Of a stretch of 64,000 nt of DNA, positions 1 to 9,856 are shown piece by piece. Numbering within the stretch: the first letter of the stretch is position 1; every line of letters starts with the position of its first letter. The DNA is from Planctomycetota bacterium (GTDB lineage: Bacteria > Planctomycetota > SZUA-567 > H5-PLA8). The DNA is taken from NCBI GenBank assembly GCA_038227875.1, contig JBBRPR010000044.1:1-64000 (forward strand). The letters run 5' to 3'. Position numbers and translations under genes: made by a program. A model generated the notes under the pieces. The model had not been told where the DNA came from. It was given only the letters and a program-made list of their open reading frames with translations, and did not search any database.

Positions 1-71
1 GCCTCCGCCACTTCATCGGCCACAATCCAGAATTCTCTTTCCTGCTTTTCGTCCTGCTTGCCCATCGACAT
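1..71 (-). CDS. N-terminus of a DDE transposase (IS1182/IS5-like); runs off the left window edge
   Basis: Not in the ORF track. The reverse strand reads MSMGKQDEKQEREFWIVADEVAE..., resembling the MxMGK...[FL]W[IV]A start of this transposase group. GGAG RBS 9 nt upstream; IS-type end at 124-145. Confidence 0.6.
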   Translation of the reverse strand, partial: MSMGKQDEKQEREFWIVADEVAE

Positions 72-123
72 CTCGCGGCTCTCCGGTGTTGTCAATATGA
101 CGCTCATCCGGACGTTCTAACTG

Positions 124-145
124 CCATTTTTCAACGGGCTGCTAG
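124..145 (-). mobile_element. IS terminal inverted repeat (left end) with outer CTAG
   Basis: Reverse complement CTAGCAGCCCGTTGAAAAATGG lies just upstream of the transposase start; related ends at 6233, 6319 and 16465. Confidence 0.6.
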
Positions 146-435
146 CGTTGGATTCGGGAAGACTCCTGAATCGGTGCTGGTCGACTGGGCTTGCGGTTTG
201 ACCGGGCCGCCCATCGTCAGGATGCCGTCGGTGATGCGGTGACGCGGGTGGCGAAGCGTTCCAATCTCGGATCGGGCTTGGCAACCGGAGCGACAGGAAA
301 TGCACATGCTTATTGCCCGCGGTCTTGGCGACGGGTAACATAAATCAATTGAAACATCGCAGCGTTGATTTTGTTGGCTTCGATGTCCGCTTGAAATTTT
401 ATGGATCAACGTAGCGAAAGTTGAGGGGCGGTTGA

Positions 436-1260
436 ATGGTCCCAATTCGACATTTCTTTAAGCCCATACGCACCTTTCCGGATTTCTCAATTCGCGGGAT
501 AGGCATTCTGGAGCAGCGGCTCCCCGGAATTACAGACCGGCCCTCCGGCACTGGCGACTATCTTTTCATGTATCTGTACGAGGCCGCTTCCTTTGCGACA
601 AAGGACGGCATTGGAAAACACAAACCGGGAACCGTTGTGATCTGGCGCCCCACGGATAGACAGTATTACGGCAGCACCGAACATCCTTGGAAGCATTCCT
701 GGATTCACTGCGACGGCAACTGGGTGAGACGCTGCCTGAAGAACTGCGGTCTCTCCTGCAACACAGCGATAGCGATAACCAACGCCTCGATCTTCGAGTG
801 CTATTTGCGCAGGCTTTATGATGAGCTGACACACTTTACGAAGCCCGACGCGCGTATTGTGCGGGATCTTTTTGAAATCTGGCTGTGCGAGTTGCAGCGC
901 AGAGTCTCCGGCGAGATCGCACCCTCGGCAATTCCGCCGGAATTCCAGGCGCTTAAGAGCTACATTGAGATCAATTTCAGCAGCGACCTGTCGCTTGAAT
1001 CCCTGACCCAACGCGTCCACCTGTCGGTTCCGCGGCTGTGCTGTCTGTTTAAGCGGTACTTTTCGTGCTCGGTCATGGCGTATGTGATCGAATTACGGCT
1101 GCATCATGCCGCGTATCTGCTGCATGACCACAACTTGCGTATCGCCGATATCGCGAGAGAGGTCGGCTACGAAAACGAGTTTCATTTTTCACGGCTGTTT
1201 AAGCATCGATTTGGGGCAAGCCCGCGCAAATTTCGAGATAACCTTGAACACGACACGTAG
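436..1260 (+). CDS. AraC family transcriptional regulator
   Basis: N-terminal cupin-like ligand domain (W.H..G) and C-terminal double HTH (IADIAREVGYENEFHFSRLFKHRFGASPRKFR). Confidence 0.95.
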   Translation: MVPIRHFFKPIRTFPDFSIRGIGILEQRLPGITDRPSGTGDYLFMYLYEAASFATKDGIGKHKPGTVVIWRPTDRQYYGSTEHPWKHSWIHCDGNWVRRCLKNCGLSCNTAIAITNASIFECYLRRLYDELTHFTKPDARIVRDLFEIWLCELQRRVSGEIAPSAIPPEFQALKSYIEINFSSDLSLESLTQRVHLSVPRLCCLFKRYFSCSVMAYVIELRLHHAAYLLHDHNLRIADIAREVGYENEFHFSRLFKHRFGASPRKFRDNLEHDT

Positions 1261-1983
1261 TGGAACGACCTTGAACAGTTTTTAGAGCGCCGCACGCGCC
1301 CGTTCTTGCAGCAGCGCAACATGAACATGGCAACAACACCCCTATAAGTTCTTCTAAACCTGCCGCTGCCTTGACCTGCTGACTGATCTGACTTTGGTCG
1401 CCTCCGGCGACAAAAATGCATCGGTATCTGATCGTTGGAAAGATGTATGTCCGAAAACGCCACCGCCACCCACCTCGTCGCCTGTTTTGACCGCGCGCGG
1501 CGATTGCGTGAATGTCTGCGGCACCGTCAATTCCGCCGCAACCGACAACGCTGGACAGAAGTACCCAGCAGCACCGCCTGAATTTTAGTTCTTCCAATTC
1601 TCCCAAGGAATGAAATCACACTACCGGATCTTTACTGCCGCGTTCAATCCAAACGTCTTCGCCAGCCGCAGCACACGGATATTCACAATGTCGGAGACAT
1701 AGATGTAGTCGAGTCTGCATCACGAGCCTGTACCATGAACGGTTGCGCTGCGACCACCAATGCCGACAAAATCGGTCGAAATGTTGAACGTGTCGCGCGG
1801 CCAGAATCGCTTTGGACAAAATTGAAGTGGATTTAATGAGGTCCGCGAGTCTGGCGCGTCGCCGTACGATTGGATACGCAGTGACTCCATTAAAGCGGCC
1901 TAATATTCCTTGGGGAATGCGCCGAATGAACTACTGTGTGCGCCATCGCCTGCGTGTGCGCGGGCCTGGGAGAGGAAACAGTC

Positions 1984-2370
1984 ATGAATCGTTATGCAAT
2001 GATCGCTGGCTTGTGCAGTGTTGTGGCGCTGAGTGGCGGTGTGTTTGCCGCCGAACAACCCAAGCCACCGGACACCAAACCGGCAGACGCCAAGCCGGCG
2101 GCCGCCAAGTCGGAAACGGGTGGCAAGGACGAAGGTGTCGCGATCGCCGATATTCCAAAAGCCGTCGTCGATGCCGTGAACAAAGCGCAAGCCGGCGGTA
2201 AAATCACGGAAGCCGAAAAAGAGACCAGAAACGGCGTGCTGGTCTATGAAGTCGAAGTCAGCAACAATGGCAAGAAGTACGAAGTGAAAGTCGACGCGAC
2301 CGGCAAGCTGCTCTCCAATAAGGAAGACGACGAGGATGACGACGAGGGCGAAGTGGAAAAGAAGAAGTAG
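1984..2370 (+). CDS. Secreted PepSY-domain protein
   Basis: AGAGGA RBS, signal peptide, IPKAVVDAV...GKITEAEKE..VYEVEV..GKKYEVKVDATGKLL, acidic tail. Confidence 0.85.
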   Translation: MNRYAMIAGLCSVVALSGGVFAAEQPKPPDTKPADAKPAAAKSETGGKDEGVAIADIPKAVVDAVNKAQAGGKITEAEKETRNGVLVYEVEVSNNGKKYEVKVDATGKLLSNKEDDEDDDEGEVEKKK

Positions 2371-2429
2371 CATTGGTAAGGGAGTGACTTGCGTTGGAAG
2401 AACGGTCGAATGGGCGAGGCGCTACTGCG

Positions 2430-3137
2430 ATGAGTAACACGGGATTAAATGCCGTCAAACCGCTGCGGGTCCTTGTCGTTGAGGACTCGCAGCGTATGGC
2501 GGTGTCGCTGCAGAAGGGCCTTTCCGAGGAATCGTACGTGGTAGCGGTGGAGCACGATGGCATTTCGGGATTGAAACAGGCCGTCAGTGGAGAATTCGAT
2601 CTCGTGTTGCTCGACGTCAACCTGCCACGCATGGACGGATTCGAATTCATCCGCGAACTTCGCCGAAAGCGCTCCGACGTTCCCGTGATCATGTTGACGG
2701 CGCGTGATGCCGTGGACGACCGCATCGAAGGATTGGACGGCGGCGCGGACGATTACCTCGTCAAGCCGTTCGCTTTCGACGAACTGCTCGCGCGAATGCG
2801 CGCGCTGTTGCGTCGGCCCGGCACGCGTATGCAGCCGGAACTGAAGTTCGGCGATGTCTCGCTGGACCCAGTGATGGGATTGGCCCTGCGTAACGGCCGG
2901 AATTTGATGCTGTCGGTGCGGGAGTTTGCCCTCCTTCGTGTGCTGCTGGAAAATCAGAATAAGACCCTGTCCCGCACCGAACTGTACGATGCCGTCTGGA
3001 CCGGATCAGAGGTGGGTTCAAACCTTGTCGACGTGTATGTCAACTATTTGCGCAATAAGCTGGAAGCCCACGGAGATCGTGTGATCCATACAGTCCGCGG
3101 CCGCGGATACCAGCTTGGAAACCAGAGCTTCGTTTGA
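2430..3137 (+). CDS. OmpR-family DNA-binding response regulator
   Basis: VLVVED, LLDVNLP, MLTA, GADDYLVKPF and winged-helix C-terminus (TVRGRGY). Confidence 0.95.
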   Translation: MSNTGLNAVKPLRVLVVEDSQRMAVSLQKGLSEESYVVAVEHDGISGLKQAVSGEFDLVLLDVNLPRMDGFEFIRELRRKRSDVPVIMLTARDAVDDRIEGLDGGADDYLVKPFAFDELLARMRALLRRPGTRMQPELKFGDVSLDPVMGLALRNGRNLMLSVREFALLRVLLENQNKTLSRTELYDAVWTGSEVGSNLVDVYVNYLRNKLEAHGDRVIHTVRGRGYQLGNQSFV

Positions 3138-3138
3138 T

Positions 3139-4530
3139 ATGTCGCTGACTGTACGCACATCACTGATCACAGCACTGCTACTGACTGTTTGCGTCGCGGT
3201 AGCCGGTGCCGTTTTGTATTCGAACGTGCGCAACGGACTTCGAGAGGAAATAGAGGCGCAGTGCCTGGGTCAGCTCGGGATACTGCAGTCCTCACTGGAG
3301 AACGACGACGGCCGACTGCAAGTGAACGGAACCCAGTCGGCGCTGCTGATGCAAAACCAGTGGCGCATCGCGACGCTGGACGACCGGACGCTCTGGGCGT
3401 TTAACTGGGCGCAAGAGGACGATGGCATTGTCAAAACCCGTGAAATCAACGCAGGAAGCGAGTCGGGACCAGCGGCCGGTTTTCGGGATCTGACGAAAGT
3501 GCGCGCCGACGAGGAAGAGCACCGAGCGATGAGCGATGCCTGGCAGTTGCCCTCGGAATCGCACCGCATCGGCCTGAGGATTTCCGTGCGGATCCCGCGC
3601 ACGCATATGAATGAGGTATTGCATCAGCTCTCGGTGGCGCTTTGGACCATTGGACCGCTCACGGTGGTATTGTCCGCGCTGCTGATGGCACTGTTTCTCC
3701 GCTGGCAGTTAAAACCCCTGGGCATCATGGCCGGCGAAGCGGCGCTGATCGGGGCGGAGAATCCGGCCGCACGGATCGGTCCGGCCGGTTCGGCTCCGGA
3801 ATGCCTGCAACTGCGCGCGTCGATCAATCGGATGCTGGAGCGATTGGAGACGGGATTGCAACGCGAACGCAATTTCGCCGCGGTGGCCGCGCACGAATTG
3901 CGCAGTCCGCTGGCGCAGCTGCGCACCAGCATGGAAGTAACCCTGCGCAAGGAACGCGACAGCGCCGAATACCGCCAGACGGTAGAAGAATGCCTCGATG
4001 ACGTGAAACGCCTGCAGGCGCTCGCGACGAATCTGCTGCTGATCACGCGAGGATTCGATTCCAGACAATGCCAGGCCGCAACGGCCGATGTGCGGAGCGC
4101 AATTGAGCGTGCGCGGCGCGAGAGCAATTCCGACGCGGTCTTCGATCTGGCGCTGGCCGAGGGCATCTCGGTACGCGGGCGCGAAGAGTTGCTGGTCGCG
4201 GCGATCCGCAATGTGCTCGAAAACGCCGCGCGGTATGCGCCGGGCCTTCCGGCGCGCGTGGACGTAAAGAAAGAGGGAGCCGGCGTACGGGTGGCGGTGC
4301 AGGACAGCGGTCCGGGCGTACCGGCGGTCGACCGCGAACGCATCTTCGATCCGCTAATCCGTCTCGACGCCGCTCGAACTATTCGCGACGACACGCACGG
4401 CTTTGGCCTGGGACTCACGGTTGCACGTGCCGCCGTCCGCGCCTGCGGCGGAAATTTGACCTGCCGATCGCGGCCCGACGGTCTGCCAGGTGCCCAGTTT
4501 GTTTTTGAATTTCTGGCGTCAATAGCATGA
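3139..4530 (+). CDS. Membrane sensor histidine kinase (HAMP-HisKA-HATPase)
   Basis: Two TM segments, AAHELRSPL H-box, NVLENA N-box, DSGPG G1, GFGLGL G2. Confidence 0.95.
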   Translation: MSLTVRTSLITALLLTVCVAVAGAVLYSNVRNGLREEIEAQCLGQLGILQSSLENDDGRLQVNGTQSALLMQNQWRIATLDDRTLWAFNWAQEDDGIVKTREINAGSESGPAAGFRDLTKVRADEEEHRAMSDAWQLPSESHRIGLRISVRIPRTHMNEVLHQLSVALWTIGPLTVVLSALLMALFLRWQLKPLGIMAGEAALIGAENPAARIGPAGSAPECLQLRASINRMLERLETGLQRERNFAAVAAHELRSPLAQLRTSMEVTLRKERDSAEYRQTVEECLDDVKRLQALATNLLLITRGFDSRQCQAATADVRSAIERARRESNSDAVFDLALAEGISVRGREELLVAAIRNVLENAARYAPGLPARVDVKKEGAGVRVAVQDSGPGVPAVDRERIFDPLIRLDAARTIRDDTHGFGLGLTVARAAVRACGGNLTCRSRPDGLPGAQFVFEFLASIA

Positions 4531-4672
4531 TTTTTGTAAAGTAGGCGGGAGTTTTTGGATATTAGCTGGCTGCAAACTGAATATCAATTTTGGATATGTT
4601 TTTCACAACCCTGGGCATTCCATAATTGGCTCCTGATGTCCATAATTCAGTCAGGCAATCGGAGCCACTTCC

Positions 4673-5797
4673 ATGCGAGCCAACGTTCAGGATCGTTATT
4701 ACAAAACGTATACGTTTCAAAGCACGGATCGCGTTCCCGACATCGAATTCGGCTACTGGCCCCAAACGATCCGGCGCTGGTTGCGTGAAGGTATGAAGAT
4801 CGATCTTACCCAGCAGGAACAGAGCCAGATGTTTCTGCAAAAGCTGGATGCCTTTCTGGGCTTTGACGCTGGAAATTCACACCACATCGACCTGCTCATC
4901 CACATGAATCGACGATTTGACGAGGAGGTACTCGAGCGGAAGGAGCATTCGGTGCTGATGCGCGATGGCAGTGGCGCCGTCGCCGAGCGGTACTTGAACG
5001 ATGCGGATGAGAGTTCCATTCCGCACTACATCAAGTTCCCGGTCGAATCGCCAGACGACTGGTCGCGCATGAAAGAACGCTATCGCCTGGATGACCCTGC
5101 GCGGGAGATCTCCGCTGAAACGATCAGCCGGGCGCAGGCTGCCGCCAACGAAGGCAAGATGATCACGGTGTCGTGTCCAGGTCCCTACGGAATGCTGCGA
5201 GCCTGGATGGGCTTTGAGAATCTCAGCATCGCCTTCTACGACGAGCCCGGCATGATCCACGAGATGGTCGAGCACCTGACCGAATTGACGCTGCAGCAGA
5301 TACGGAAACTTCCAGCCGACCTCCCGATTGACCACGCCTCCTGGTGGGAAGACATGGCCAGTAAGAACGGTCCCTTTGTCGGGCCGGCAATGTTCCGCGA
5401 ATTTCTGCAGCCCGCTTATCACCGTGTCATGAATGAACTGCGGCGACATGGATGTGCGCTCAGCATTGTCGACTCTGATGGCAACCCTTATCAAATTGTC
5501 GCCAATTGGCTGGAGGAAGGTGTCAACATCATGTTCCCGCTGGAAGTCATGGCCGGCGTCGACCCGTTCCTCTGGCGCAAGGAATTCGGATTGAACTTGA
5601 GACTGCGTGGCGGCATCGCCAAGGATCCGCTGGTGGCCGGCGGTCTGGCCATCGATCGCGAACTGGAACGAATCAACCCGCTTCTCGCTCAGGGCGGCTA
5701 TATTCCGCATCTCGACCACCTCGTCCCTCCGGATATTTCCTATCGGAACTACTGCGAGTACCTGGAAAAAAAGCGGAAACTGATCGGACGGTCGTGA
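4673..5797 (+). CDS. Uroporphyrinogen decarboxylase (URO-D)-like family protein
   Basis: WMGFENL..AFYDEP, WEDMA.KNGP, DSDGN, GGYIPHLDH.VPPDIS motifs. Confidence 0.85.
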   Translation: MRANVQDRYYKTYTFQSTDRVPDIEFGYWPQTIRRWLREGMKIDLTQQEQSQMFLQKLDAFLGFDAGNSHHIDLLIHMNRRFDEEVLERKEHSVLMRDGSGAVAERYLNDADESSIPHYIKFPVESPDDWSRMKERYRLDDPAREISAETISRAQAAANEGKMITVSCPGPYGMLRAWMGFENLSIAFYDEPGMIHEMVEHLTELTLQQIRKLPADLPIDHASWWEDMASKNGPFVGPAMFREFLQPAYHRVMNELRRHGCALSIVDSDGNPYQIVANWLEEGVNIMFPLEVMAGVDPFLWRKEFGLNLRLRGGIAKDPLVAGGLAIDRELERINPLLAQGGYIPHLDHLVPPDISYRNYCEYLEKKRKLIGRS

Positions 5798-5824
5798 GAT
5801 GCCAAAGCGGGTTGACCGGTTCCC

Positions 5825-6227
5825 TTGGTCTTATCGAGCGCTGATTTCCTCGCGCGCAATCTCAATCCAGCGATGCATGCGATGCGGGTTGTTCTCGCAG
5901 GTATGCGTGTCTTTCAAAATCTGGACGCAGGCGGAGTGATTCGCAGCGAAGCGTTGCGACAGCTGCGCAAAAATGATAGATGGTACGATCCGAAATTGCT
6001 CGATAGCGTGGAAGCCTGCCTGAGCAACAACAAAGATGTGAGTCCCGGCGTTGAAATAAGCGTCAAGCAATTGCGTATTGGACAGGTTCTGATGTCTAAT
6101 ATCAAGCTGACTCGAGGAGAACTACTAGCTAGTGGCCGCCGGGCAGGAGATCACCGAACCCATGCTTGAACGAATCTTGAACTTCTCTAGAGTTGCCGGT
6201 ATCCAAGAACCAATTGTGGTCGTCTGA
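5825..6227 (+). pseudogene. 5'-truncated, frameshifted C-terminal fragment of an HD-GYP-type response regulator
   Basis: WYDPKLLD..V.ISVKQLRIGQVL...GELL continues in another frame as VAAGQEITEPMLERILNFSRVAGIQEPIVVV* after CTAGCTAG at 6125-6132. Confidence 0.7.
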
Positions 6228-6232
6228 CGGAT

Positions 6233-6336
6233 TAGCAGACTGCTGTAAAACTCCATCTCCGCCAGGTATCTCAGAAAAACGCCGGGCTGTAACGGCGTCT
6301 TACGGCCTGAACCCTGGCTTTTTCAGCAGCCCGCTA
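6233..6336. mobile_element. 104-bp MITE-like element with imperfect terminal inverted repeats
   Basis: Left TAGCAGACTGCTGTAAAA versus right-end reverse complement TAGCGGGCTGCTGAAAAA (15/18 match); resembles the IS end at 124-145; no ORF. Confidence 0.6.
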
Positions 6337-6444
6337 TCAGTATGCCGGATTTAGATGGCTATCAACTTTTCCGGAAATCCGACGCCAAGGTTCCAGCGTC
6401 CCTGCAAGCACCCTGACCACCTCCCGAGAGAAGCGTTCTTGGTT

Positions 6445-7281
6445 TCATCCACGTGAACCGCTGATGTACGCGGCCGTGAGCGGATCCTGGGGAGTTCCAA
6501 ACACAGTGGCTGCCAAGCCGAATTCAATCAGCCTGCCAGCGCCTTCCTGAACCCAGAAAACCGCCGTGTAATCGGAAATGCGGCGGGCCTGGGCAAGATT
6601 GTGGGTGATGATCACAATCGTATACTTGCCCCGCAGACTGGCAATGCGATCTTCCACCGCGCCGCTGGAGAGCGGGTCGAGGGCGCTGCAGGGTTCGTCC
6701 ATCAGCAGCACCTCGGGCTTCAAGGCCAGGGCGCGCGCAATGCAGAGGCGCTGCTGCTGGCCGCCGGAGAGGGCCATGGCCGGCTTCTGCAAGCGGTCCT
6801 TCACTTCATCCCAGAGTCCCACGTCGCGGAGCGCGCCCTCGATGGTCTGCGCCAGCGTCGCGCGGTCGCGCACGCCGTGCTCGCGCAGCGGAAATTCCAG
6901 GTTCTTCCAGATCGACATGGGGAACGGATTGGGTTTCTGAAAGATCATGCCAACGCGGCGGCGCAGAGCGATCACGTCGAGGCCGGCGCCAAGAATTTCC
7001 TCCCCACCCACGCGGATCGAGCCGGTGATACGCGCGCCGGGGATCAAATCGCTGAGGCGGTTGAGGCAACTGATGAAACTGGTTTTGCCGCAGCCCGACG
7101 GTCCGACCAGCGCCGTGATCGCGCGGGAGTGGATCGACATCGAAATGTTTTCGAAGGCCAGTTTGTCCCGGTAGACCAGCGTCAGCCGGTCCGTCTGGAC
7201 GGCGATGGAATCTGAGCGCTGCGGGGAAGCGACAGTGGCGGAAGCAGCCTGGATTTGCGATGTCGGCAAAGTGGAGCTCAT
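6445..7281 (-). CDS. pstB: Phosphate ABC transporter ATP-binding protein
   Basis: GPSGCGKT Walker A, GMIFQKPNPFP, LSGGQQQRLCIARALA, DEPCSALDP; start overlaps the pstA stop. Confidence 0.95.
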   Translation of the reverse strand: MSSTLPTSQIQAASATVASPQRSDSIAVQTDRLTLVYRDKLAFENISMSIHSRAITALVGPSGCGKTSFISCLNRLSDLIPGARITGSIRVGGEEILGAGLDVIALRRRVGMIFQKPNPFPMSIWKNLEFPLREHGVRDRATLAQTIEGALRDVGLWDEVKDRLQKPAMALSGGQQQRLCIARALALKPEVLLMDEPCSALDPLSSGAVEDRIASLRGKYTIVIITHNLAQARRISDYTAVFWVQEGAGRLIEFGLAATVFGTPQDPLTAAYISGSRG

Positions 7282-8177
7282 ACGACCACGATTCTCCGGT
7301 GCAGAAAGCGTTCGGCAATCCAGAAGGCCAGCGAATTGATGATAAGCAGCAGCACCACCAGCACCAGCGCGCTGGCGTAAGCGTTCCGCGTGCCGCCAGT
7401 GACGTTCATCGACAGGTCGTAGATGTGGATTGAGAGCGAGCGGCCGGAATCCATCAGGGATTCGGGCATCCGGTCGACGTAACCACTGGTGAAAATCAGC
7501 GCGGCCGTTTCTGCGATGGCCCGGCCAAAGCCCAGCATCAGTCCAGCGACGAGTCCAGGCACGGCGGCCGGAATCAGCAGCCGGAAGAGCGTGCTCGTCC
7601 GCGATAGCCCCAGCGCGGCGGCACCGAGCCGGTATTCGTTGGGCACCGAACGGAATCCTTCCTCTGTCGCCCGGATCAAAATGGGCAACACCATGCACGC
7701 CAGTGTCATGCCGCCGGCCAAGATGGAGAAGCCCATGCCCAGCACGTGGCAGAAGAATGCGTTGCCAAACAGCCCGAAGACAATGGAGGGTACGCCCGCA
7801 AGAACGTCGAGCGCGCGGCGCACCAGCCTGCCGAAAAGACTATCGATGGGAGTGAATTCCGCCAGAAGCACGGCGGTGCCAACGCCCAGGGGAAGCGCCA
7901 CGACGATGCAGACGGCCAAGATCAGAACCGTCGATACCAGGATCGGCCAGATGCCTCCGGCGCGCCCGGCCTTACGCGGCTCTTCGGTGAGGAACGCCCA
8001 CGAGATTTCCTTGTAGCCGTGAACGACGATGTCGGCCACGATCCAGACGAAGACGGCGGTGACGGCCAGCGCGACCGACCAGATGACCACGGTTGCCAAC
8101 CGGTCGGCAAGCCGGACGGAACACCCCGAGGCGCGCAGCGAATGCCCGGTAGCATCTGGGGCGTTCAGGTCATTCAT
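7278..8177 (-). CDS. pstA: Phosphate ABC transporter permease PstA
   Basis: LAGVPSIVFGLFG, EEG..SVP..YR.GAAALG, RAIAETAAL; multiple TM helices. Confidence 0.93.
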   Translation of the reverse strand: MNDLNAPDATGHSLRASGCSVRLADRLATVVIWSVALAVTAVFVWIVADIVVHGYKEISWAFLTEEPRKAGRAGGIWPILVSTVLILAVCIVVALPLGVGTAVLLAEFTPIDSLFGRLVRRALDVLAGVPSIVFGLFGNAFFCHVLGMGFSILAGGMTLACMVLPILIRATEEGFRSVPNEYRLGAAALGLSRTSTLFRLLIPAAVPGLVAGLMLGFGRAIAETAALIFTSGYVDRMPESLMDSGRSLSIHIYDLSMNVTGGTRNAYASALVLVVLLLIINSLAFWIAERFLHRRIVVV

Positions 8178-9024
8178 AGATCTGGCCCTTACTGAGGATT
8201 TCCGCGGCCACGGCCAGCAACACAATGACGACCATCAGGATCAGCCCGCTGACGAACAGTGCGGAACGGTGATCGCCGTGGGCATAAGCCATTTCAAGAG
8301 CGATGTTCGCGGTGAGGGTCCGCATGGAATCGAAAAGACTGCCCGGCACTTGGACGACGTTGCCGCAGACCATCAGCACGGCCATGGTTTCGCCGATGGC
8401 GCGTCCCGTTTCGAGGATGACTCCGGTAAACAATCCCGAGCGTGCGGCAGGGAGGATGATGTGGCGCAGGGTTCCCAGGCGCGTCAACCCTAGCGCGGCG
8501 GCGCCGTGTGTAAACTGTTTGGGTACGCTGGCGAAGCTGGCGTCAGCCATCAGCGCAATCGTCGGTAGAATCATGATGGTGAGAATCGCGATCCCCGTCA
8601 GCAGACACTGGCCCGGGGGATGAATGCGATTGATGATCGGCGCAAGGACGACCAGGCCCCACAACCCATAGACTACTGATGGGATTCCGGCGAGGAGTTC
8701 GATTAGACGCCGGAACTGTCGGGCCAGAAATGGCGGGGCGTAGTATTGGCAGAAGACCGCGGAGAGAATCCCCAGGGGCGTCGCCACCAGCACGGATCCC
8801 GCCATCGAAAGCAACGAGCCCAGCAGCATGGGCGACAAGTTGTAGAGCTTGTCGATCGGATGCCAGCCGTTGTCGGTGAAGAAAACCGCGATTCCGACAT
8901 GGCGGAGCACGGGAAACGATTCCAGCGCCAGAAACGCCGCGATCAGGAAAACGATCACGCCCGACACAGCGGCCAGCGCACGTAGAATCCAGACGAGGAT
9001 GAAATCACTTGCCCAGCGGGACAA
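8170..9024 (-). CDS. pstC: Phosphate ABC transporter permease PstC
   Basis: LLAGIPSVVYGLWG, GRAIGETMAVLMV, TLTANIALEM. Confidence 0.93.
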   Translation of the reverse strand: MSRWASDFILVWILRALAAVSGVIVFLIAAFLALESFPVLRHVGIAVFFTDNGWHPIDKLYNLSPMLLGSLLSMAGSVLVATPLGILSAVFCQYYAPPFLARQFRRLIELLAGIPSVVYGLWGLVVLAPIINRIHPPGQCLLTGIAILTIMILPTIALMADASFASVPKQFTHGAAALGLTRLGTLRHIILPAARSGLFTGVILETGRAIGETMAVLMVCGNVVQVPGSLFDSMRTLTANIALEMAYAHGDHRSALFVSGLILMVVIVLLAVAAEILSKGQIYE

Positions 9025-9856
9025 AGAAGTTTTCCTTCACGATGTCGTACTGTTCTTTGGCCTGGGAAAATTCAATGAACGCCTTGGGCAGGCCGGTCGG
9101 CTCGCTCTTCAGCACATAATTGAGCGGACGGGAGAGAGGGAACTTGCCCAGGCGTACGTTTTCCACGGTCGCGTCGACGCCGTTCATCGGCAGCAGCTTG
9201 ATGGCAACTCCCTCGTCCGCATCGCTCTGCGCCGTGCCAATCGAGACATAGGCGATCGCATTGGCGTTGCCCGCGCAGGTTTTGATGTCCTGCTCGTTAT
9301 CGCCGACGACCACGTGGGCCTTGATGTCTGAGTTCTTGAGCTTGTAGTAATGGCAAAACAGTTCCAACGTCGAGCGGCCTTCGGCCTTGTTCACCACGGT
9401 AATAGGCGCGTCGTTTCCGCCGACGTCTTTCCAGTTGGTAATCTTGCCTGTGTAGATCTTGGCGACGTGTTCATCGGTGAGCGCCTGGACGGGATTGTCC
9501 TTGTTCAAGATCACGCAGACACCGTCCGTGGCAATCGTGAAGAATTTCAGTTCCTTTTCATCGTCGTTGGCGGCGCGGGAAGCCATGCCGATTTCGGCCA
9601 GTCCCTTTCGCGCGTCAGCCACGCCGCGGGACGAGCCACCGGTCTGCACGTCCACGCGCACTTTCGGATGCTGTTTTTCAAAGCGCTTGCCCAGTTCTGA
9701 AGCCAACGGCGCAATGGTACTCGACCCGGTGAGGACCAGCTTTCCGGTCAGCTCTTCCTCGGCCGCGATGTTGCCATGCCTCAGCAGAAACATAGCCGCA
9801 CTGATGGCAAATACCTGGCGGAGAGTCTTGAAAACATTCGCGTTGATATTCCGCAT
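9005..9856 (-). CDS. pstS: Phosphate ABC transporter substrate-binding protein
   Basis: Signal peptide, GSSTIAPL, TGGSSRG, IGMASR, I..G.ITNW.DVGG, LSRPL. Confidence 0.93.
   Translation of the reverse strand: MRNINANVFKTLRQVFAISAAMFLLRHGNIAAEEELTGKLVLTGSSTIAPLASELGKRFEKQHPKVRVDVQTGGSSRGVADARKGLAEIGMASRAANDDEKELKFFTIATDGVCVILNKDNPVQALTDEHVAKIYTGKITNWKDVGGNDAPITVVNKAEGRSTLELFCHYYKLKNSDIKAHVVVGDNEQDIKTCAGNANAIAYVSIGTAQSDADEGVAIKLLPMNGVDATVENVRLGKFPLSRPLNYVLKSEPTGLPKAFIEFSQAKEQYDIVKENFFVPLGK

Noticed and set aside
1261..1900. Several short ORFs, including a minus-strand DYIYVSDIVNIRVLRL fragment that looks like a protein C-terminus
   Set aside because: An in-frame stop lies just upstream, there is no RBS, and it is too short to support a call.
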